In this document: in pieces, positions 1 through 9,797 of the stretch
Position numbering within the stretch: position 1 is the first letter of the stretch
How the letters are laid out: each line of letters opens with the position of its first letter
Assembly (NCBI GenBank): GCA_965206695.1
Contig: CBDBKM010000005.1
Span: 1 to 64,000, forward strand
DNA: 64,000 nt
Origin: Chlamydiales bacterium
GTDB lineage: Bacteria > Chlamydiota > Chlamydiia > Chlamydiales > JAAZZY01
Direction of reading: 5' to 3'
Position numbers and translations under genes: made by a program
The notes under the pieces: generated by a model
The model's input: only the letters and a program-made list of their open reading frames with translations
Databases searched by the model: none
Told to the model about the DNA's origin: nothing

Positions 1-143
1 GAATACTTACACCGGTTATAGCTTTCATGGTTCGTTCTTTACGTTTAGCTCGTTTTAAAAGTTTTTTAATCATCTGCCCGCTTCTACGTTTTCCTGAAAA
101 ACCTTATCAGAAACCAATAAAGATTTAAACCGCAACAAGTCTA
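1..143 (-). mobile_element. Left end of a probable IS5-family (ISL2/IS702-like) insertion sequence; transposase starts at 73 and runs off the window
   Basis: Minus-strand ATG at 73 reads MIKKLLKRAKRKERTMKAITGVSI, resembling the 'xRxLTGVs' N-terminus of ISL2-group transposases. Putative terminal repeat TAGACTTGTTGCGG at 143-130. The other end is not visible. Confidence 0.5.
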
Positions 144-255
144 GTGAATCAAAAATATAGAAGTTCTATTTTCAAATGCCAGAAATAATCTCGCACTAGC
201 CTTTCAACGATACGGTTCCGATCAAACTAATCGTGCTTAACAAAAAAGAATTCCT

Positions 256-1728
256 TTGTTAAGCTATTTTCTTTATAAATTAAACTATAAGTCCAGACTC
301 TTGTATTTAGCATTTATTCTATACGCATTGATACTTTTCGGTATTGTCTTAGCCTCTTATAAAAAACATACGAATGAAACAGATTTCGTTTTAGGCTCCA
401 GATCAATTAACTTCTGGGTTACAGCAATTAGCGCCCATGCTAGTGATATGAGCAGCTGGCTTTTAATGGCATTCCCGGCCGTTATTTTTTTAAACGGAAT
501 GATTGAATCCTGGATAGCTATTGGCTTAATTGTATTCATGTTCTTAAACTGGCACTATCTCGCTCCTAAATTACGCTTGATGACAGAAAAATATGGTAGC
601 CTTACCCTCTCTTCTTATCTAGAAAGCCGTTTCCATGATCATACAGGTTTTATACGCATTTCAACCGCTCTTATTTCACTTTTATTTTTTACTTTCTATA
701 TCTCTGCCGGCTTAGTAGGATTAGGTTATGTCTTTGAATTAGCTTTTCATATTCCTTATTCTGTTGGCATTATTATTGGCATTATCATCGCTATACTCTA
801 TACTGTTATCGGAGGATACGTCAGTGTTGCTTGGACTGATTTTTTTCAAGGTCTTTTTCTTTTAGCTATGATTATTTTAGTTCCATTTGTGGCTTTTCAC
901 AAAGTAGGTGACTTTGGCACTATTATCCAAGTTGCTAAAGAAAAAGGTATCTCTCTTTTACCTATACCGAGTAAGACAGGTACAACCCTGCTGAAAATCC
1001 TGTTCTTTGTTTTTGGTTGGGGACCCGGATATTTTGGACAACCTCATATCCTTACTAAGTTCATGGGTATTAAAAACCCTAACGAGATGTATAAAGCCAA
1101 ATATATCGGAATTATCTGGCAAATCCTTGCTATGGCGGCAGCCGTGTTTGTTGGTGTTGTTAGTATCGCTTACTTCAAAGCGACTCCAAACAACCCTGAA
1201 TTAGTGTTTGTCATTATGACTAAAGAGCTTTTTACTCCCTTCTTTGCCGGATTGATTCTCTGCGCTATTTTAGCAGCGACTACCTCCACCATGGAATCTC
1301 AAATTCTCGTTCAAGCAACTTTATTAAGTGAAGACTTCTATAAGCGACTTTTTAGACCCAAGGCTTCCTCTAAAGAGCTTTTATGGGTATCAAGAGCCTT
1401 TGTGGTTGTCGTCGCTCTTTTAGCCTTCTTCATCGCTTATGGTAAAGTACAGTCCATTTATTCCTTAGTACTTTATTCTTGGTCGGGATTAGGAGCTGCC
1501 TTCGGTCCTATTATTCTCTTATCTCTTCATAGTAAAAGAGTAAATCGACATGGGGCGGTAGCAGCTATTATAGTTGGTGGCATGGTAGCGGCTCTTTGGC
1601 GCTATGTAAATCATGCCCTTTCTATTGATATTCCTGAATTAATCCCGGCATTTATCCTAAGTACCGTATCTGCCTTAGTTTTCTCTTATTTCTCTCGTCA
1701 TAAAGTACCCTTCCCTCATCATCATTAA
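256..1728 (+). CDS. putP: Sodium/proline symporter (SSS family)
   Basis: SAHASDMSSWLL, GGYxSVAWTDFFQG and GYFGQPHIL motifs; about 13 TM segments. True start may be slightly downstream. Confidence 0.9.
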   Translation: MLSYFLYKLNYKSRLLYLAFILYALILFGIVLASYKKHTNETDFVLGSRSINFWVTAISAHASDMSSWLLMAFPAVIFLNGMIESWIAIGLIVFMFLNWHYLAPKLRLMTEKYGSLTLSSYLESRFHDHTGFIRISTALISLLFFTFYISAGLVGLGYVFELAFHIPYSVGIIIGIIIAILYTVIGGYVSVAWTDFFQGLFLLAMIILVPFVAFHKVGDFGTIIQVAKEKGISLLPIPSKTGTTLLKILFFVFGWGPGYFGQPHILTKFMGIKNPNEMYKAKYIGIIWQILAMAAAVFVGVVSIAYFKATPNNPELVFVIMTKELFTPFFAGLILCAILAATTSTMESQILVQATLLSEDFYKRLFRPKASSKELLWVSRAFVVVVALLAFFIAYGKVQSIYSLVLYSWSGLGAAFGPIILLSLHSKRVNRHGAVAAIIVGGMVAALWRYVNHALSIDIPELIPAFILSTVSALVFSYFSRHKVPFPHHH

Positions 1729-1808
1729 ATAAATATCCTCTAAGTCCTATATTATTCAAGACTTAAAAACAACCTTTTGAATTTCAATGCATAATAAATG
1801 TTGTTTTT

Positions 1809-3743
1809 TCAATAATGATAGATATTTTGAAAGCGGATCATACCACCAAAAATCCATTCCGGAGGAAAGAGGTGTTCTAGTGCTTCTCTATGACTTGTTG
1901 TTAGATATGTTAACCCGACTTGAAAAGAAGCGTTCATCCATCCAAACCCGGAGGGAGTGATATAATCAAACTCTGTACCCTCATTACCATATTCAGCAAA
2001 AACTTTATGAGACCTTGCTATGACATCATATTTTTCAGGTATAATACCGTTGTAATCAGCAGCATCACGTGTCATCATATATAGCCATCGATAAGCTAAT
2101 CTAGACGCTTCCGGTTCATAACCATATCGTTGAAACCCTTCCCATGCTATCATTTGATGAGGAGCCCAACCAAATGGATAATCCCACTGTCTCTGAGGCC
2201 TATCTTCTGTAATTTCACCACGTGACAGCTCCGTGCTTGCCAGAAGTCCTCCCGGTGCCTCTAAAATAGGAAGGGCATTCTTAACAAGCATCTCCGCTTG
2301 CTCTATAGTAGCTAAACCTGACCAAAGAGGATAGAAAGTGCTTGCGCTTTCATATTCGGTCATCTGATGAGTCAGATAGTTATAATCAAAATACATCCCC
2401 TTTTCTTTATTCCAAAGTAATTCATTCATAATCGCTTTTCTTGTCTCAGCCCTTGCCATCCATACGTCATATTTTTCGCTTTGATTGTCATGTATCTTCA
2501 AACAATCGTTAAAATAGAGCCTAATAACATGAGCGATATCCAGTTCATATTTATATAGTAGAGAGTTGAGATCGACAGTATTAAGATCAGCTGCGCAACC
2601 GGTTAAGCGATACGTTGTATCATGACCCGATTCGCGCATAGCGCGATCATGTATAAAATAGGCATCTAATTTCGGTTCTTTAATTTCTCCTGTATGATAC
2701 TTTTTAGCATACTCTTTTACATCCATCTTTGCTCTCTTTGCATAGGACATAAACGTAATATCGAAATGATCAGGTTCTGTTTCAGGAGGCATGCCAATAC
2801 CTAACCCATGATATCGTGAAAGTCCCGTTTCGGTCATCCTATCAGCGCCTGTCCAGACAGTATAGTATTCATCAATTGCAGCGCTAAAGACATTGATAAG
2901 CCACTCTGTTGTTTTTTTATTCTTTGGCAGATGTTCATAAATAGCTAGAGCCATCGATGTTAAAAAGGGTGGTTGTGAACGTGTTAAATAATAGGTTCTA
3001 TTAGCATTTAATATTTTTCCGTAATTGTTAATTTCATATACAAAATTATCAGCCATACCTATAGCTAAATCAATACGTCTATCTTCAATTAATCCAAGAG
3101 ACTCAAAATAACTATCCCAACCATACATCTCATTAAAGCGGCCGCCGGGAACAATAAAAGGTATTCCTCTTAAAACTTCTCTTTCATTCTCTTTTAACCC
3201 TAAACATAAGAGTCCGGGTGCCTTTTCAATTTTATGAACATATTGTTCGGTTATTTTTTCAGGAAGGCGAAGAACGTTTAGACCCATTTCAGGACGCTCC
3301 TTGGCAAGGGTTTTAAAGTAGTCTAGTGCCACTTCATCAGAATAAGGAACATAAATATTACTTAAACACTCATCACCGGATTTCGAATCACATAAAATAT
3401 GAGCGAGACCTTCGGCATCAATGGTTCTGGTTAACCCATCCCATAAACGCTCACGAATTGTTCTACTTAGATTATCTACTTGGTTTTCAAAGAGTCTTTT
3501 AATGGCAACTTCTACTGTTTTCTTACCTGAAATATAGGCTTCAGCCAGTAATTGTAGTAAAATAGATAAACGGTAGGTTCCTGCTACTTCATACCATATT
3601 CCATCAACCGACTTAAGCTGAAAACGTTTATTTCCCCCATCCTCAATTGTTATGCGACGGTCGCCATCAGTATCTTCTTCTGCAAGAAGTCTTCTGATAT
3701 TTTCTTTGACATTCACACGTATTCTGATATTTGGCAATTCCAT
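1809..3743 (-). CDS. Alpha,alpha-trehalase (GH37) with N-terminal Ca-binding-like motif
   Basis: PGGRFNEMYGWDSYF, NANRTYYLTRSQPP, RESGHD, QWDYPFGWAPHQ and GFGWMN motifs; DTDGDRRITIED near the N-terminus. Confidence 0.92.
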   Translation of the reverse strand: MELPNIRIRVNVKENIRRLLAEEDTDGDRRITIEDGGNKRFQLKSVDGIWYEVAGTYRLSILLQLLAEAYISGKKTVEVAIKRLFENQVDNLSRTIRERLWDGLTRTIDAEGLAHILCDSKSGDECLSNIYVPYSDEVALDYFKTLAKERPEMGLNVLRLPEKITEQYVHKIEKAPGLLCLGLKENEREVLRGIPFIVPGGRFNEMYGWDSYFESLGLIEDRRIDLAIGMADNFVYEINNYGKILNANRTYYLTRSQPPFLTSMALAIYEHLPKNKKTTEWLINVFSAAIDEYYTVWTGADRMTETGLSRYHGLGIGMPPETEPDHFDITFMSYAKRAKMDVKEYAKKYHTGEIKEPKLDAYFIHDRAMRESGHDTTYRLTGCAADLNTVDLNSLLYKYELDIAHVIRLYFNDCLKIHDNQSEKYDVWMARAETRKAIMNELLWNKEKGMYFDYNYLTHQMTEYESASTFYPLWSGLATIEQAEMLVKNALPILEAPGGLLASTELSRGEITEDRPQRQWDYPFGWAPHQMIAWEGFQRYGYEPEASRLAYRWLYMMTRDAADYNGIIPEKYDVIARSHKVFAEYGNEGTEFDYITPSGFGWMNASFQVGLTYLTTSHREALEHLFPPEWIFGGMIRFQNIYHY

Positions 3744-3745
3744 GA

Positions 3746-4165
3746 TTATTTCTTTTTACAGCAATCTTTTGGACAAAACCGCTTAAACTCTGCCTCATCC
3801 CCATACTTAAAAAAATTTTTTTGATCTTCATCAGGTAGATACCCTTTTACTTGCTTATGCTGAATGCCACACCAATACCCCTCCGTCTGAGCGACTATTT
3901 GCTTGGCATATCTCAAGAGTCCATTAGCATAACCACAATAAAAACATTTTGTCTTTTCTCTAAAAGACAGATAAGGTAATCTATGTCGATCCATGCGAAT
4001 ATACCTTTTTCTTTTTACTCTCTTAAGGCCATATAAAGGAAAACAGGTGGCGTGATACAGCTCTAGAAAAAAATCCAATATAAGAAGAGGCACTATCATC
4101 GACCAAATGATCGGAAATGATATGACATAGAACCAAAATCGTTTTCGTTGCTTCTTATACTGCAT
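3746..4165 (-). CDS. Hypothetical membrane-anchored protein with Cys motifs
   Basis: N-terminal TM segment, CFYCGYANG and YWCGIQH motifs; stop is 2 nt before the trehalase start. Confidence 0.75.
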   Translation of the reverse strand: MQYKKQRKRFWFYVISFPIIWSMIVPLLILDFFLELYHATCFPLYGLKRVKRKRYIRMDRHRLPYLSFREKTKCFYCGYANGLLRYAKQIVAQTEGYWCGIQHKQVKGYLPDEDQKNFFKYGDEAEFKRFCPKDCCKKK

Positions 4166-4267
4166 TAAAACTTACCTACTATTGTACATATAAACTTTTT
4201 ATAAAAATTTAACAAGCTTAGGTGTAAGCATTAAAATATTTTTGTTAAGTAACTGTAAATAAAAAGA

Positions 4268-6061
4268 TTACCAAATATATGCATCTGCTGAGCTTCGCCG
4301 ATCGTGACTATCGAGAACATGAAATGCTCGCAATTTATTTAAAATGTATGATGAAATCCGAGTAATCGGATGATAAATGATTTTTTTACCATGGCGCCCC
4401 GCTAATTGCTTGAAATAATTTCTTGGTGGCTTCGCTGCTATATAAATAATCGAATTTGTTAACGCATAATCAATAGCAGCAGCCAGTAATACCTCTGATT
4501 TAGTTAAACAGAAGACGTAATCTTCATCTGCCCAGACATTGAAGACTCGCTGAGGAGGATAAGTCAGCATAAATCCCCCATATTCACAACGGCTAATCCC
4601 GGGACCCACAATATTATGAGTTAAAGAAGATGCAAAAAATGCCATATCTGATTCTTGATTATGTTCCCCATGCCACGTAATTTTCCAGGGATACTTCTCT
4701 TTAGACTCTTTATCTTCATCAAAAATTATAACAACAGAGCCGGGAACAAGAATAGGCCGGGCCTCTACTTTTACATATAATTGTTTCTCATGAAAATGAC
4801 GAATGGTCTCTTTAATATCTAATCCGTCTCCCAAGCCGGTAGTAAATGGAATGCTACTAAATATCTCATTTTGCAATATGCTTAACCCTTTCTTTCTTAA
4901 GAATTTCCCAAAATTCTCAATAGCTAAATCTTCAGGAGGATACGAGCAGATGCCACCATTCGGTGAACGATCAAATTGAAACGAGGTGTTTTTCTTATCT
5001 CGCTTAGAGAAATTCAGCTTCTTATCTTTTTTCGATTTTAGATCGAAATGAATTTTCTTACTATTTCCCCATATTTTTTCAGCGGAAATAGTGACTTGGG
5101 AAAGCCCGTCAATATTTTTAAAATAAGGAAAAGTAGTGGCTAACTCCCAAACTTCATAGGCATAATTGTGATCAACACATCCCTTTGCCGCTACCAATAA
5201 CTGATAAAGATTCGGAACAAGCATTCCCTTGGTTAAAGCAAGATTCCGCCCATATTTCATTAAATTCTTCAAATTAGCTTTTCGAAAAGCATTTCCTGTT
5301 TTTTCAGTATAGCGCATTGCTGCTGATTTATAGAGTTGAAAATGTCTTTGCCGGCGATTAATCATCGCTATTTGCTCATTTTTTTCTCTAAAAAGTTCAT
5401 AGGACGAGGTTATCCAACCACATTCGCCCATCACTTCTCTTAGTGAACTTAAACATACTGTCATGAGCTGTGATGAAACATCTTGTAAATCATCTATCTT
5501 CTTAAAAAAACCTTTTTCTAAAATGCTTAAAATATTTTTAATATGTGACATACCTCCAATAAATAAGACGTTCTCATAATAACAAGAGAGTTCTTTTAAG
5601 CGAAAAGCCATCTGCTTTTCTCTAATAGCATCTTCTTTTAAATGAATCGATGACACATAGGAATGGCAATAAGAATAGTATGTTTTCAATCCAATAGGGA
5701 AAATGGTATAGGGATCGGGTAAGGGTTGATTTACTTCGGGATAGGTATTGGTATAGCGATCAATACAGTATCCGGGAATCTGGTTTTCTATCGCAAAACG
5801 CAAACCCTCAAAACTCGAATCACAAGACTCACAAGGATAGTAGATGTCGTTATTCGTTTTAATTAAACTATAATCCGGCAAGCGAGTGGCCGCATGAATA
5901 CACGTTTCTTGAATCTCTTGAGGCAATTCAACAGCTATACATGAAGGATTAAGCGCTTTTAATACCAAATGCGTATAGACAGCCATTTCCATATTATAAT
6001 GGATGGTAGGTAACAAATAAATGTTATCTTTTTTTATATAAAAAATAGCTGATCCAATCAT
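4268..6061 (-). CDS. Conserved hypothetical protein, partner of a MoxR-type AAA ATPase; N-terminal TraB/Tiki-like motifs
   Basis: 597-aa ORF overlapping the AAA gene stop (ATGA). LPTIH, IAVELP, REKQMA and IGGMSH motifs. Confidence 0.7.
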   Translation of the reverse strand: MIGSAIFYIKKDNIYLLPTIHYNMEMAVYTHLVLKALNPSCIAVELPQEIQETCIHAATRLPDYSLIKTNNDIYYPCESCDSSFEGLRFAIENQIPGYCIDRYTNTYPEVNQPLPDPYTIFPIGLKTYYSYCHSYVSSIHLKEDAIREKQMAFRLKELSCYYENVLFIGGMSHIKNILSILEKGFFKKIDDLQDVSSQLMTVCLSSLREVMGECGWITSSYELFREKNEQIAMINRRQRHFQLYKSAAMRYTEKTGNAFRKANLKNLMKYGRNLALTKGMLVPNLYQLLVAAKGCVDHNYAYEVWELATTFPYFKNIDGLSQVTISAEKIWGNSKKIHFDLKSKKDKKLNFSKRDKKNTSFQFDRSPNGGICSYPPEDLAIENFGKFLRKKGLSILQNEIFSSIPFTTGLGDGLDIKETIRHFHEKQLYVKVEARPILVPGSVVIIFDEDKESKEKYPWKITWHGEHNQESDMAFFASSLTHNIVGPGISRCEYGGFMLTYPPQRVFNVWADEDYVFCLTKSEVLLAAAIDYALTNSIIYIAAKPPRNYFKQLAGRHGKKIIYHPITRISSYILNKLRAFHVLDSHDRRSSADAYIW

Positions 6062-6901
6062 AACATATAAGTCATCGCTTCTTCGCCTAATACCATCACT
6101 GTCGCTTGACGTAATAACCCCTCGATATTGCCTTCAACATGAAGAGTATGAATACGTTTAGCTGCATAACGAGCAATATTTATGCCATCACGAACCGTAT
6201 AATTTTCATCTTGACTATGAGATTTTTGTAAAAAAGCGACAACATAGCTAATCAAATCTTCTCTGACAAAAGGGAGATTTTCCTTTAAGATTCTCATTTC
6301 TTCTTCTTCATCAGGAAAATCTAAAAAAATCTGTGGTTGTAATCGGCTATGAATATATTCGGGGACTTCAAAAGTAGAAGCATCATCATTCATCGTAGCA
6401 CAAATTCGAAAATCAGCATGTGCCTTCACTTTGACTCCTGCCACTATAGATTCAATATAACGACGCTGATCCAACAGTGGTGCTAAAGATGCCCAGGACA
6501 CTTCTCACCCATACGATTGGCCTCATCTAATATGCAAACGCCTCCTCGTATCATAGCCGTTACTAAAGGCGAGGCGACGTAACGAATAGCTCCTTGCTTA
6601 TCAATTACAGGTGTAATGAGAAGGTCTTCCGGTCTGGTATCCATCGTACATTGATAAATATAGACTGTCTTGTTTAAAGCTTTGGCTGCAGCATAGGCTA
6701 AAGTCGTCTTACCTACTCCGGGCTTGCCTGTTAATCGAGGGTTAGGGGAAGGTCTTTGTCGTCTAAGACAAACCATGCTGCTAATAACTGCTCTAAAAGG
6801 TCGTGTTGTCCAACTCAATTAAAGGCGATCTCATCATTATGCCCCAAGTACAATTCAATTCCATTAATATAAATAACATGCTTATCTTTATCTATCTCCA
6901 T
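6058..6901 (-). pseudogene. MoxR/AAA_5-type ATPase, disrupted
   Basis: From ATG 6901: MEIDKDKH...[16 protein letters not shown] (in-frame TGA); 1-nt deletion near 6742 before [13 protein letters not shown] (Walker A); CILDEANR (Walker B); 2-nt insertion near 6500 before [10 protein letters not shown]. Confidence 0.8.
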
Positions 6902-7317
6902 TAAATACCCCTTTCATAACTCTCCTCGTTCATTTTTTCAAAAGCATCTAAGCGATGCAATGCTTCTTTTTGAATCTCTTCCATAACTTTTCTTGCACCT
7001 TGAATAGTGTAAATTCTCTGAAGTTGCTCTCTTAACTTTTCTGCCGCAATTGAATTCTTTTCAGGATGCCATAGATAAGAACGATCCGGATGTTTTTCTT
7101 GGAATCGCCTTGCCTGTATCATAATAGTGACTAGTTTGTTGAAAAGAGGTTTTAGGCGGTGACTTACAGCTAGTAATTGATCAAGAGTTTGCACTTTTTT
7201 TAATTCCTTAACTAGGTGATACATGACACCATTTCCTTGAGCACGGAAGTCATCAATCGAATGTGGTGTGCATCCAATAAGACAACTTAAAGTAATCATA
7301 ACAAATAGCTTTTTCAT
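6901..7317 (-). CDS. Putative lipoprotein
   Basis: MKK plus hydrophobic stretch plus LIGC lipobox; stop overlaps the AAA gene start. Confidence 0.7.
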   Translation of the reverse strand: MKKLFVMITLSCLIGCTPHSIDDFRAQGNGVMYHLVKELKKVQTLDQLLAVSHRLKPLFNKLVTIMIQARRFQEKHPDRSYLWHPEKNSIAAEKLREQLQRIYTIQGARKVMEEIQKEALHRLDAFEKMNEESYERGI

Positions 7318-7450
7318 AAATGTATAAAAAAAATAAAACTAGACTCTTAGTACAAGCTTATAAGGCAAAGACAAAATAAGCAAAATGATTCGAGAAAAAA
7401 TTTAGGATTAAAACCTAATTTTACTTGCAACCTACCTGTATTTGCTTGAA

Positions 7451-7777
7451 TTGACAACTCCCAACCCTAAAAGGAAAGGGATTTCTCATTCACAGACCAC
7501 AGCTAACAAAAGAGTTAGTCTAACATGAGCTCCAAAGGCTCCAATTACCGACTGCCCTTCGGTATATATATTATATGATGCCTTAAAATCTCTGTCATGC
7601 TTAATTTTACAATTTGAGCACTCCCAAATCCTTATTTCGGGGGATATTTTCCCTTGTTTATAACCGCATGCAGAACACTTTTGTGTACCGGGAAAATAGT
7701 GATCTAATTCTACTATATTTCTCCCGTACCACTCGCTTTTACAATGCTAAAGCAAAGGGTTTTCTCATTTGATTGTC
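7451..7777 (-). mobile_element. Non-autonomous IS200/IS605 derivative: left end fused to tnpB 3' end, omegaRNA region and right end
   Basis: Minus strand begins TTTAT|GACAATC, encodes EWYGRNIVELDHYFPGTQKCSACG...CSNCKIKHDRD, and ends GAAATCCCTTTCC...GGGAGTTGTCAA. Colinear with 30815-31080 and 33395-33416. Confidence 0.85.
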
Positions 7778-7849
7778 ATAAAATAAGAAAATATCTATAA
7801 TTCCCTTGTGACAAATCCTTAAATCGATTAAATTTTATGCTTCTTTTTT

Positions 7850-7921
7850 GGGCGTATAGCTCAGTGGTAGAGCTCCTGTCTTACAAACAGGCGGTCGTTG
7901 GTTCAAGTCCAGCTGCGCCCA
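7850..7921 (+). tRNA. tRNA-Val (TAC)
   Basis: Cloverleaf; anticodon arm CCTGT-CTTACAA-ACAGG; T-loop GGTTCAAGTCC; CCA not encoded. Confidence 0.95.
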
Positions 7922-7936
7922 TAAAAAAAGAAAAAT

Positions 7937-8010
7937 GCGGAAGTAGTTCAACTGGTTAGAGCACCGGCCTGTCACGCCGGAAGTTGCGGGTTCGAGTCCC
8001 GTCTTCCGCG
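7937..8010 (+). tRNA. tRNA-Asp (GTC)
   Basis: Cloverleaf; anticodon arm CCGGC-CTGTCAC-GCCGG; T-loop GGTTCGAGTCC. Confidence 0.95.
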
Positions 8011-8102
8011 AATTTCTTTTGTTCAGGTATTTTTTCTGTACGAACTTAGTTCGAATTAGTAATCTTGCCTCATTAAATTATATATAAGAATTAGGTCAAT
8101 TA

Positions 8103-8999
8103 ATGAGCGCAAAAGCTAAACCTCTAAGAATCATTTCGATTTTTTGGATGGTTATCGGAGCCTTCCTCGCTGCTATTTCGGTTGATATGATTCTACAGCC
8201 GAATAGTTTGATTGATGGTGGTGTTACCGGAATATCAATGATCCTATCCCACCTCTTAGGGCAATCTTACTTACCTTTATTCGTTGTCGTTATCAACCTC
8301 CCCTTTATTTATTTAGCCTTTCGAAGCTTAGGCAAAAAATTTGTTATCCAAATGATCGTTGGAATCGTTCTTTTTGCTGTTTTTTTAGTCGTTTTAGAGG
8401 GGGTCCCTCCATTTCATGGCGACTCATTAGAAGTCGTTGTTTTAGGTGGTATCGCCTTAGGTATAGGCATCGGCTTAATCATTCGTATGGGCGGCTGTTC
8501 AGACGGTTCCGAGATATTGGCAATCATTGTTAGCCGAACGAAGGGGTTCACCATTGGTCAAGTCGTGCTCTTTATCAATGCTTTTATCTTTGCAATTGCC
8601 GGATTCGTTTATGGAGACTGGAATACGGCCATTCGATCTTTTATTACCTATATGGTGACGTATAAGACGATGGATTTCGTTATCGTTGGCTTGGATGAGA
8701 TAAAATCTGTGATGATCATTTCTTCAAATCCTACAGATATTGCTGATACTATTATTCATGAGCTGGGATTAGGCTTAACAATCGTGTATGGTAGAGGTGG
8801 CTTTACGGGTAACGATAGAGAGATTCTATTAGTTATCGTTGAAAGACTTCAGCTAGCAGAGCTAAAGGATATTGTTTTAGGCAAAGATCCAACAGCTTTT
8901 ATGGCCATAGAAAATTTACATGAAGTTGTCTACGGCAAGCAATCATACTGGAATCCAACCAAGATGAGACGAAAGAAGAAAAGTACCCTACTTAAATAA
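8103..8999 (+). CDS. YitT family membrane protein
   Basis: LIDGGVTGIS, GGCSDGSEIL, GRGGFTG and DPTAF motifs. Confidence 0.88.
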   Translation: MSAKAKPLRIISIFWMVIGAFLAAISVDMILQPNSLIDGGVTGISMILSHLLGQSYLPLFVVVINLPFIYLAFRSLGKKFVIQMIVGIVLFAVFLVVLEGVPPFHGDSLEVVVLGGIALGIGIGLIIRMGGCSDGSEILAIIVSRTKGFTIGQVVLFINAFIFAIAGFVYGDWNTAIRSFITYMVTYKTMDFVIVGLDEIKSVMIISSNPTDIADTIIHELGLGLTIVYGRGGFTGNDREILLVIVERLQLAELKDIVLGKDPTAFMAIENLHEVVYGKQSYWNPTKMRRKKKSTLLK

Positions 9000-9098
9000 A
9001 TAAATCAAATATATAAAGATTTGATCTGCAATCCTTTCATTGATTCGTGTTGTTATCGTACTTTACTTAAAATAATGATATTTCATACATATCGAGTT

Positions 9099-9797
9099 AT
9101 GAGTAATAAACACAATAAACATAGACTTTCCCTTAAACCTAGAGAAGACTGGAGAGGAAGAGAATCCTGGCGCCTGTTTCGAATCAATTCTGAATTTGTC
9201 GACGGCTTTGAAACGATGATGAATGCAGGACCTTCTGTTACGATTTTTGGCTCTTCAAGAGCTAAACCGGGCTCGGAACATTATGAATTAGGCGTTGAAG
9301 TAGCGAAAAAAATTGCAGAAAAAGGTTTTGCGGTTATTACCGGTGGTGGTGGTGGCCTTATGGAAGCTTCCAATCTAGGCGCCCAAAAAGGAAATGGTGT
9401 CTCTTGTGGTCTTTGTATTGACTTACCTAACGAACCACCTAATGAATATATCGATTATGAATACAAAGTCGCATTTCATTATTTTTTTGTCAGAAAGGTC
9501 ATGTTTGTTAGATATGCTCAAGCCTTTATTGTTCTACCCGGTGGACTTGGCACTTTAGATGAATTATTTGAAGCAATGACTTTAGTCCAGACACATAAAG
9601 TTCGTCCTTTCCCCATTTTTCTTATGGGAAAAGATTACTGGAAAGACATGATTGAATGGCTAAAAAACACCGCGGTTAAACATGGTTATATTTCTGAAGA
9701 AGATCTTAATCTAATGACGGTTACCGATGACGCGAACGAAGTAGCGAATGCCATAGATATAAGCTTTAATAAAGAACACTCCATTCGGAATTTTTAA
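9099..9797 (+). CDS. LOG family nucleotide phosphoribohydrolase
   Basis: TIFGSSR, ITGGGGGLMEA, YFFVRKVMF and PGGLGTLDE motifs. ATG 9099 preferred over TTG 9021. Confidence 0.88.
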   Translation: MSNKHNKHRLSLKPREDWRGRESWRLFRINSEFVDGFETMMNAGPSVTIFGSSRAKPGSEHYELGVEVAKKIAEKGFAVITGGGGGLMEASNLGAQKGNGVSCGLCIDLPNEPPNEYIDYEYKVAFHYFFVRKVMFVRYAQAFIVLPGGLGTLDELFEAMTLVQTHKVRPFPIFLMGKDYWKDMIEWLKNTAVKHGYISEEDLNLMTVTDDANEVANAIDISFNKEHSIRNF

